Shown: positions 37,861 through 47,600 of the stretch, piece after piece
Position numbering within the stretch: position 1 is the first letter of the stretch
Layout of the letters: each line of letters opens with the position of its first letter
DNA from: Giardia intestinalis
Taxonomy: Eukaryota
Strand: one strand, 5' to 3'
DNA length: 64,000 bases
NCBI GenBank assembly: GCA_000002435.2
Contig: CM018793.1
Position numbers and translations under genes: made by a program
Notes under the pieces: generated by a model
What the model was told of the DNA's origin: nothing
Databases searched by the model: none
What the model saw: only the letters and a program-made list of their open reading frames with translations

Positions 37861-40635
37861 ATGTTCTCCCATGAGGTTGCCCTTAGCAGCAAGCCGCCAA
37901 TTTCCCCTCAGAAGCCCGTGAACCCCCGTGTAGCTGCGCTCCTCGTTGAGCAGGACTCAATCGGGCACGGCAAGGCTATCGCGAATACGCTACTGGCTGA
38001 TAACAGCCAGGCCATGGGGACGTGCATCGGGTCGTTGCAGTTTCACAACATGTTCCAGGTACCCTCTAAGATAAAGGAGGACACCATTCAGAGCAACATC
38101 ATCAGCTTCATAAAGTATCACCTGGGGCGTGACTCCACCACTATAGACACCTTTGGAATGTTCCAGGCTACCTCGATATCGATTCGCAACACCCTTATTG
38201 ACAACTGGCGCAAGACTCTACAGCACCAGACCGCTACAAAGGCGCGCACGGTTAACTATCTCAGCTTGGAGTTTCTGATGGGCCGCGCTCTGACCAACAC
38301 GCTCTACAATTTGGAGTTGGGCCATGTTTATAAAAATGCCCTCAAGGACCTCGGCTTTACCATCGAGGCTCTCCAGCAGGAGGAGTCCGACGCGGCCCTT
38401 GGAAACGGTGGTCTTGGCCGTCTAGCAGCGTGCTTTATCGATTCCATGGCGTCTATGGACATTGCTTCGTACGGGTATGGCATCCGCTACAGTTATGGAA
38501 TGTTCAAGCAAACCATTAGAGATGGGTGTCAAGAGGAGTTCCCAGACTATTGGCTGACACACGGCAGCGAACCGTTCCCCATAATCGAGCGTCTCGACAA
38601 GGACTACACCGTGCGCTTCTACGGTTATTCTAGCAGTGAGCCAGATGTCAAGAACCCTAAGCGCAAGCTTTTCAGATGGGAAGGGGGCGAAACTGTCCGC
38701 GCCATAGCTCACGATTGCCTTTGCCCTGGGCATCACACAACCAACGTATCTAACATCAGGCTTTGGAGTGCCCAGGCTAGCTGTGACTTCAATCTGGCCG
38801 CCCATAGTAGCGGGGACTATTACTCCTCCATCCGCGAGCGCATGGAGAGCGAAAACATCTCCTTTGTACTGTATCCGTCTGACAGTACGGACAGCGGAAA
38901 ACTCTTGCGACTTAAGCAGGAGTACTTCTTCGTCTCTGCCTCTCTGCAGGATATGATCTACCGCTGCAAGAATATGGGCTGCAGTGTTCATGACTTCCAC
39001 AAATACTTCGCGATCCAGCTGAACGATACACATCCTGCTCTGGGCATTCCCGAGCTCATGCGCTTGTTGATGGACGAGGAACGTCTCGAATGGTCGGAAG
39101 CCTGGACAATCGTCAGCAACACCTTCTGTTACACAAACCACACAGTTCTTCCTGAGGCTCTCGAAAAGTGGAATCTCGGAATCATTGCAAAGCTCCTCCC
39201 CAGACATACAGAGATCATATTTGAAATCAACCGTCGCTTTATTGATGAGTTGAGAAAGATCCACAAATGTCCAGACGATGTTATCTCGAAGCTCTCGATA
39301 TTTGAAGAATGCGGAGGATCCAAGAAGGTGCGCATGGCCAACCTTAGCATTATAGGCTCATACAAAGTTAATGGAGTGGCGGCTCTCCACACGGAGATCA
39401 TCCGGAACACGCTCTTCAAGGAGTTCAATGATCTCTATCCCAACAAGATTGTCAATGTCACTAACGGAGTCACACCGCGTAGATGGGTTGCGCAGGCGAA
39501 CCCGCTTCTGTCTCACTATCTCACCAAGCACCTGAAGGAGCATAAGATAGCGGAGTCTGAGCACGAGTGGCTCAGTAATATGCAGCTGCTCACCTCGCTT
39601 GTGGAGCCTCTATCTAAGGATTCTCATGCAATAGCTGAGCTTTTGGAGATCAAGAGGCATAACAAGCAACGCCTGGCAAACTACATCCAGAGGCATGTGA
39701 GCTCTGAGTATACGTTCGACCGTCCGATTCCCACCACAATGATCTTCGATACCCAAGTGAAGCGTATCCATGAGTACAAGCGCCAGCTTCTGAACATTCT
39801 TCAAGCCATCCATTTCTATTTGACCCTCAAGCAGATGCACACGCACGAGGAGAAGGAGGCGTTCATGGGATCAGGGGTTTGCAAGATATTTGCTGGTAAG
39901 GCTGCATCGGCCTATGTGACTGCAAAGCGCATCATCAAACTCATAAACAATGTGTCGAAGCGCATAAATAACGATCCGGATACATGCAATTACTTGCAAG
40001 TCTACTTTTTACCGAACTATAACGTGTCATCGGCGGAGATAATATTCCCGGGCACAGACCTTTCCGAGCAAATCTCTACAGCAGGCGCTGAGGCTTCGGG
40101 CACAGGAAATATGAAGGCCTGCATGAACGGCGGAGTTATTGTCGGCACGATGGATGGCGCCAATGTCGAGATCTACAACCATGTGGGCGAGGAGAACATC
40201 TTTATCTTTGGTGCAGACACTAATACCGTTACGGAAGTGAGAGAGCAGTACTCGCAGGGCCGTCGCTTGCAGATATCTACGAGCTTGAATGAGGTCCTTG
40301 ACTGCATTGAGTCTGGCTTCTTCGGTGGCCTAGACGACTACAACACGCACTTCAAGCCCCTCGTAGACATGATCAGAGCGGGCAATGACTGGTATCTTGT
40401 GAGCGTCGACTTCGAAAGCTACAACGAGTGCTACCAGACTCAGATTGTGCCTCTGTTCCGTGATAAGAAGACCTGGGGGAAGATGGCACTAAACAACTGC
40501 CTCCGCATGTCATACTTCAGCAGTGACCGCTCCATCCGCGACTACTGCGAGAAGATTTGGAATGTGGAGCCCTGCAACCCGGACAGCAGTGTTGGTTCCT
40601 GCCTGGCTGGGGTGCCCTTGAACAGAAGTGCCTAG
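37861..40635 (+). CDS. glycogen (alpha-glucan) phosphorylase
   Basis: The first ATG is at 37861 (the track start 37831 is TTG). Motifs are LGNGGLGRLAACFIDSMA, VNGVAALH, HEYKRQLLN, and the PLP-lysine block EQISTAGAEASGTGNMKACMNGG. Confidence 0.95.
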   Translation: MFSHEVALSSKPPISPQKPVNPRVAALLVEQDSIGHGKAIANTLLADNSQAMGTCIGSLQFHNMFQVPSKIKEDTIQSNIISFIKYHLGRDSTTIDTFGMFQATSISIRNTLIDNWRKTLQHQTATKARTVNYLSLEFLMGRALTNTLYNLELGHVYKNALKDLGFTIEALQQEESDAALGNGGLGRLAACFIDSMASMDIASYGYGIRYSYGMFKQTIRDGCQEEFPDYWLTHGSEPFPIIERLDKDYTVRFYGYSSSEPDVKNPKRKLFRWEGGETVRAIAHDCLCPGHHTTNVSNIRLWSAQASCDFNLAAHSSGDYYSSIRERMESENISFVLYPSDSTDSGKLLRLKQEYFFVSASLQDMIYRCKNMGCSVHDFHKYFAIQLNDTHPALGIPELMRLLMDEERLEWSEAWTIVSNTFCYTNHTVLPEALEKWNLGIIAKLLPRHTEIIFEINRRFIDELRKIHKCPDDVISKLSIFEECGGSKKVRMANLSIIGSYKVNGVAALHTEIIRNTLFKEFNDLYPNKIVNVTNGVTPRRWVAQANPLLSHYLTKHLKEHKIAESEHEWLSNMQLLTSLVEPLSKDSHAIAELLEIKRHNKQRLANYIQRHVSSEYTFDRPIPTTMIFDTQVKRIHEYKRQLLNILQAIHFYLTLKQMHTHEEKEAFMGSGVCKIFAGKAASAYVTAKRIIKLINNVSKRINNDPDTCNYLQVYFLPNYNVSSAEIIFPGTDLSEQISTAGAEASGTGNMKACMNGGVIVGTMDGANVEIYNHVGEENIFIFGADTNTVTEVREQYSQGRRLQISTSLNEVLDCIESGFFGGLDDYNTHFKPLVDMIRAGNDWYLVSVDFESYNECYQTQIVPLFRDKKTWGKMALNNCLRMSYFSSDRSIRDYCEKIWNVEPCNPDSSVGSCLAGVPLNRSA

Positions 40636-40780
40636 GTGCGTTTGAAGTTTGCGCGTATAGGCGGGGCAGACGTAAATACTTTTGTTAGCACTCTTTATTT
40701 ATATATGCCTCCAAGTCTGCGAAGTTTCTGCGCGTTGGGCTCGCATTGCGAAAGATGTCGTGGTATAAAAATAATTACAC

Positions 40781-41593
40781 ATGCCAACCCCCGATGTGGT
40801 GCAAGTTGACATCCCCGCAGAAGCCAATCCCGACGGCTACAGTGAGCTGATGTGGTTCCGAGCGCGGATCAATGCAATCTCCGGAGTCCACTTCTTAAAT
40901 CTCATCCTGATTGTTATTGGATTTGCAGTGAGCATAGCATCTCTTGCTTTAGGAGTACAGTTCACCACGGTGCTACCCTTGCTGGCATTCGCAGGGGGCT
41001 TCTTTTGCAATATCTTTATTAATTATATAACACTATTCCTATCCACGCCTCTATTTCTTATTGTCGTTATCTACGGAATCTATAGTCTAAGCCTCTTTAT
41101 CTTGTTTGCTATCTCATCTGGCATAGGATCCTTTTCGTCGAAAGAGCTCGCTGCATTTGTGTTGGACATATGCTTGCTTCCGTTGGGCATTACCTTAGTT
41201 GTGTTAAACTTAGTGGTGCGCCGGCTGATTATCAAGACCATGGAGCACGTAATGCCCAATGCGCCTTTGCCAGGCACTGCCCTTCGGTACTCCTACACGA
41301 AGGCATACACGAAGATGAAGTCGATGAACGATGAAGCATACATTATTCTGGGGCATAGCGACATTGGAGAACAGTGTCAGCCCTTAGTAATAGCTGCCCC
41401 CGAAGAAAGCCATAAGCCAGTATTGCGAGAATTTGAAAAAGACCGGCGCAAGGGAATAATTCGCTCTGGAGGCATAGGGATTTTAAGGGGCTCACACAAA
41501 AATATAAACCCGGAGGCAATATCGTACCGCTATATGGCAAAGACGTTTCTGCCTCTAGGCTCTGACTTTGTCCCATCAGGTGTTATAAAATAA
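40781..41593 (+). CDS. polytopic membrane protein, unknown function (270 aa)
   Basis: The ATG follows ataaaaataattacac. There are four to five hydrophobic helices in the first 150 aa and a hydrophilic C-terminal third. Confidence 0.55.
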   Translation: MPTPDVVQVDIPAEANPDGYSELMWFRARINAISGVHFLNLILIVIGFAVSIASLALGVQFTTVLPLLAFAGGFFCNIFINYITLFLSTPLFLIVVIYGIYSLSLFILFAISSGIGSFSSKELAAFVLDICLLPLGITLVVLNLVVRRLIIKTMEHVMPNAPLPGTALRYSYTKAYTKMKSMNDEAYIILGHSDIGEQCQPLVIAAPEESHKPVLREFEKDRRKGIIRSGGIGILRGSHKNINPEAISYRYMAKTFLPLGSDFVPSGVIK

Positions 41594-41613
41594 GCAAAAA
41601 CGTCAAAGATAGC

Positions 41614-44600
41614 ATGTTTCCTGGCTTACCGAATCCCAGTAAGCCGGTGACTGACAACGATATTATGGACGCGTACCTCCAACTGAGGAAGCAGACGGGA
41701 TCCCGGTCCTCTTCGCCAGCTAAGTCCTTATCGAAGCCGGCCGCCCTTCCCAAGACTCTTAAGCCTATACAAGTTTCGCATCAAATGAAGATAGATACTG
41801 AAACGGCTTCTCTAGCGGTAGAGCATCGGTTTACAGATCACATGTACGACCTCTTTGGAGAGCTTGAAAACGATCCTATTTTTGGGGAAGATGGGCTACT
41901 GAGGAGCAATGGTTCACTTCTACATGTCTCTTCTTCTCTCAAAGTCCCTTTCGGCAAAGAGGTTGGCATTACTGACCTTTCGCCCTCCAGATTCTCGACC
42001 GTGTCTAGCCCTTCCCCGCACTCAACCAGCTCAGGTAGCCTCAAGACAAAGGATCCTTTGGATATTTACCTAGAGTCGGCATATTCTGCTTTAGACACCG
42101 TAAACACCTTTGACCCTTCCGCCGCAGATGTGCTCTATAGGGTGATTAAGTGGCTAGTAACCGACGCTCGAGTCAAGCCTGAGGAGGTAGCGCGCCACAA
42201 GGAAGCATCTGCCCATGCTCTCGCTCTGGTCGCAGACAGAGAAAAAGTGATCGAATCCCTTACAAAGGAGAAGAACTCTGCTGTGGCCGAGTTTGAGGAC
42301 CTACGAAGACAAATAAAAGACTCAGAAAGCGCTGCTGCTAGACTCCAGTTCGACCTAGACTCATCTAGAGCGGAGATTCGCATGCATCTGGAGAAGATCT
42401 CTCTTCTCCAAGCAGATTTACTTGAAGAGGAAAAAAAGTTTTATGACATGAAGATGGAGAGAAATAAGTTAGCTTACCGGAACACGGAGCTGGTCACCAC
42501 TGGTGTTGAGTTACGCACGCAGATAGAGGAGTTTATTAAAGTCCAGAAGGAGTGCACGTCTCACGACGAGGAGTACACTATGGAGATTAAAAGGCTGAAG
42601 AGTGAGCTTGACAATCTGAAGGAGCAGTATGACGATGACATTGTGGCGTATCAGCAAATAGTGGGCTCAAAGACAGAGTTGATTGCAGATTTAACAATGC
42701 AATGCAACACGGCTCAGAATGAAGTTATGATATTAAAGGACAAACTAGCGTACATGCAGAATTGTATTATGGCCAACAAAACGGTCTCAAGCCAAAGAGT
42801 CAAAGATGGGAGCCTTGAGGGCAGCCTTGTCGGGATTGTCGATCAATCAACAAAGAATACTAAAGGCAGTGGTGATCAATCTGATACCGCGTCACAAGCT
42901 AGAGCGGCTGTAAAAAAATCTAAGCCAACTCGTGGTATCGCTGTCCAGATAGGAGGTGACAAAGATGGCCTCTGCACAGTTGCAGGAGAAGATCTAGAGG
43001 ACTCTGAGGCTAGCTCATTTATCCAGTTCAGACTAGGAGATGCAGGAGCCGGTTCTCAGCTACTGGACTTGCCCTCTCTGGCAGCCTTCCTATCTGCCCA
43101 AGTGAGCGCGGAGGCATCGAAGGTGAATGCCCTGCTGGATATATGCTCTACTGGTTCGCCTTCTAAGCAGTCCAATGTTGCTTCCAATGTAATCAGGCGG
43201 AAGATGCAGCTATTCAACAATCAGGTTTCAAAATATAAAGAGCTCTTGATCAAACTTGCTAACTCTGAGGACGTGGCTGTCGATCTGGACGTAGACTCAG
43301 ATATAGACTTTCAGGCCAGCCCACATACCCACTCGGCAAAGAATCCAAACGAGAACCCTTCCAAGAAGACTCTGCATGGAGTAAGCTCCTCTTCTGATGC
43401 CCAATTGAAGACCGATGACATTAGGACGTTGCAGACTATACAAGCAGTGCTTGGTGAGACGTTTACACTGGATGATCTCATCACTAACGAGGAGCTTTTA
43501 CGCATCGTGGGAGAAGCGAAACTGAACTTGCTTCTAGGTAAACTCAAGCAGAGAGGGTGCTCAACCTTTAACGCGAGCAACCTACTCAGCGAGGCTAGCA
43601 CTAAAGACGCCGATGATTCTAAGCTAAGCGTGGCACAGCATTCTCTACCACTCAGGGAGCCAGGAAAAGAACAGCTATTTGCAGCTACGAGTCCTCATGT
43701 TAAAGCACCCAAAAAAGGAGGACAAAAGAATGCACTAGGAACAGAGTCCTTAACCCGCAAAAAAGCTCCATCATTTCCGCAAAAGGTGTTGAATCACACT
43801 GGAGTTAGAACTGCACAGAAAACCATGCCTAATCGTGCAGCAGTACGTGATGGCAAACTTCCACAGGATGAGGCTTCACAGCTTGTCATGGACGGCCGCT
43901 TAGAGGGCCAAATGCTGCAGAAGATCACTGATATTTCGCAAATTGATGTCAACCTTAATCCAGAAAACGACTCACTGATAGAGGAAAATGGGCCAAGCAA
44001 TCTCCTACCTTCCGATATGACTGAAGAGACGCCTATCTACGGATATGTGTCACCGGCTCTCACCTCAGATATATTTGGTGCTGACCCTAAAGGATCACGC
44101 GAGTACCCAACCAAGGTTATCACTGACAAGAACACTGTGGAGAACAAGCCCGAATCAGTTGTGCATAATAGACTCTCTACTGAAACGAGTGTCTCCCAGA
44201 AAAAGCCTGTAACAGCTATTGCTATGACAGGAACGCGAACTGCGACCCAAGAGTCAGCAGAAGAGACACACCAAGCTATGAAGGAAATTCTTGAGCCTCC
44301 TGCTCGCCTGCAAACGCCGCAAGATCAACAGAGGCAGAGAATGCCTCCTGACACGAAGCAACAGGCCATGTACACTGTCACCACCAAGCAAGACTCTCAA
44401 TTGTTAACTGGAATGGTTGTTAAAGCAACAGGTCCTCTAGTTTCTGAAACGCCAGTGCGCATAAAAGGCACACCATCCGTTCAGGTAGGGAAAGCCACGC
44501 CACACATTTATAAGTCCAGTGTACGGCAGCCTAATGACCAGATGGTATTTCTACCAGGTAACCCAGTTAAGAGCATAGGCAAATTGAATGACCATCAGGA

Positions 44601-47600
44601 CAGCGACGATGAATCGGAGTCCAGTTCATCTTCGTCTCTTTCACTAAGTTCACACTTTGAAGATGGCAAGCTCCTAGAGAAGGATGTTGCTGGCGGAGTG
44701 ACCAATGAACCGGCTGCATCTCCAACCCAAATAGGTCTTACTGAAGATCGTAAACATAAAAAGAAGAAGCATAACGCTAAAGCACATATTAAATCTGATA
44801 AGGAACAAGGCATATTGATACAGCTCCAAGGAAAAGATGCTAAGAAGGGCTACTACACGTATCTACAGACAAAGAACGACAAGGCATTGCAGTATGAACC
44901 TCTCCTCGAGGGCAGCCGTGCATTTTCTGATGTTATTCTCACGGCGTCACATATTTATGATCCACATTTTGAGAATGCCCTTCTGGCGAAAAGTAAGCAG
45001 GCGCTGGAGCGCATTAAGACCAGGGCCCTGTCGGACCGCACAAAGCTACAGATGGCAGACCTTGATTATAACTACAAAATGCCGGCAAACAGCATCTTGC
45101 AAGGATCCCAACTTCTCAAACGTCAGCAATCAGAGCCGGATCTGTCCAGGGGCTCCGAGAAGCTGGGCGGCCCTATCGTTACGGCCTTGTTTGATGGAAC
45201 AATTCCTCATGTAGATGGAGTTACATCAGTTGCAAAGAAACTGATAGAAAATAAAGCTATTGATCACACTCCTAGAGGAGATGCTTCTGTGAGTGACCTA
45301 GATCTTTCGGGCCTTAGAACATATGACACAGGAAGCTTTGCGTCAAGCAAGTCGGTATTGGACAATGACGATCCACTAATTGACATGGCACAACGCGCAG
45401 TGAGACATTTCCGCTTGGTTGGTAAAAGCATGCAAGCGGACGACACTCCACCCTTCACTACTGAAGCAGCTACCAGTACACCCATGCGGGAAGAACTGCC
45501 CACAAATCCTAAGCCTTTACTCTCCTTGCATCAATCACCTCCAATAGAGCTGCAAGAGCATAAGACTGCGGCTGGGGAAGTGTGCCAATCCAGTCACGAT
45601 ATGTCTGCGTCGAAGCCTGAACCTACCCTAGCGTCTGCAAAACGTGAGAATTTAGTCTCACAGGCGAGCTCCTTGTTGAAGAAAACAGCCCCCATCCTGG
45701 TTCGTACATTTGAACCTGATCCGCTTTTATCGGACCGAGCCACTGATGAAGAAGGTAGCACTAATAAGTGTTGTTATGATATTGAGTCTATCTTTTCACT
45801 GGGAATGCCTAGCGACGAGAAGTCCTTTGAATTGCTAAGAACTGCTGTTTCGGCGCTAGCTGCTAAAAATATGGCATTGCATGATGAGATAGAAATGCTT
45901 AAGCAGAAGCTTGCAAGCGCTAAATCCACTAGCATCGCTCATCCGACTCCGTCAATATCTATGGCATGTCAATCAGATCCCAATCCAGCGGCAATGGCGT
46001 CACCAGCAAAGACAGATACTGAGGCATTTACTGTTGCCGCGGATTCATCTCACCCGAAGCGGCAAGAATTGCGATCTTTTTATCCCCCAAAGGCATTGAA
46101 TGTTCCTGCGCAGTGTTCTTCTAATGACCTCGTGGACCAGCAGCCTAATGCTTCTTTTGTGTCGCCTCCAACAAACTCCTTTGTAGAAATTAAGTCACAG
46201 GAGGGACTGATAGATACACGCTCTCCATGTCAATTTGAGACTGATCAAAGGACTATCAATTTGGAGTTTTCCAACGAGGAGAGAGTAGGTTCAGCGGTCG
46301 TAAAGCGAAAGCTAGGATATGAGGTGTTGACACACGTTGCCCAGGTAGCTCACGAGCCGCTTCTCAAGCCAAATAAGGACATAGTCCACCAATCAGAACT
46401 TTATGCCTATCCTCTTGTTGATCCAGCAGCTGAGAATACAGCGGATGGTGGCTTTGGAGCTTCACTTACCTATGATACTGCCTTAAATCTGGCGAAGTCT
46501 TCTATTAGCAAGTCGATAATAGTTAAGAACAAGGCCATAGATCATCCAACCCAGTCAGCAGAGCTCGACAATCTAATGCAGATAGACCCTAACAGTGAGC
46601 ATGTTCTTGCCCTGTCTGATGGCTCCGAAGATGAATTCCATCAGTTGGCAAGTACCAACACTGCTGATACTTTTAGACCCAGTGCTACAGAACAGCACAT
46701 AAATAGAATTCTGTTTCGCAATCACGCAAAGCCTCTGCTAGATGAGTACACGTCCATCAAGCATGCCAATGGACTCACTACTAATGCAAATTCACGCGAC
46801 GAAAATATTCCTAGTGCTCGATCCGCAGCACTACCTGTTTTGGTTACTGATCTAAAAGCTGCAGGTCTCAAAGGGAGGCCTCATCGCTCTGCAAGCGCAT
46901 CAACCAGTGTCCAGGGTACTGCTTTGCAACTGTTCCCCGCGGAAGATATTGACACGCAAAATCAGTATCTGGTAAGAACAGGATCATGCAAGGCAATCTT
47001 GATAACTACGCAAAATGAAGAGCCCCTGGGTAGCAAGGAATTAGAAAATTCTAATGGCAACATTGCTAGCAGTACTGATAATCAAAAACCTCCTTCAACG
47101 TCTGATAGGTTTTTACAGGGGCTGCAACCTCCCACCAATGGAAGAATCCAGCTAGATGGAGATGAAGATAAGACCACTGTTGTTGGCGCATCTCAGTACA
47201 ATCCATATATGCAGAAAAGAGTTGTGCCTTATGGAGACTTGCAGACGAGTAGAATCCACGTCCAGGATAACTGCGAAGTGGTCCCTGCTGATCTTTTATA
47301 CAAGGAGCCAACCGATGAAGAGGTAATAAGGCAGCACATACACCAGTCTGCACAGGCAGACCTAGATGCTTCGGCTGAAAGGCTTGGCAGTCTGGTGCGT
47401 AATCGGTGCAACGCTATCACAGAGCGCCCTATCAACTTAAAGTCACAACGCTCTTCTCCAAAACAATCGCCATCTAGATCTATCTCCCCAACCGTTACAG
47501 CTATGGGCAAGGGCGAGGTTTCTGCGGAGCCTCACCTCTATACTAGCGCACCTCTGAGTCCTATGCGGATGCTTCCACAGCAAAATGACGGGGCCGTTCA

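Noticed and set aside
38422-39264. 280-aa antisense ORF inside the glycogen phosphorylase gene, and similar nested or antisense ORFs inside other long genes (e.g. 6305..7399, 17808..18531, 53167..54106, 59355..60574)
   Set aside because: Each lies fully within a gene whose sense frame has strong family motifs. None has a motif of its own. They are expected chance ORFs in long stop-free regions.
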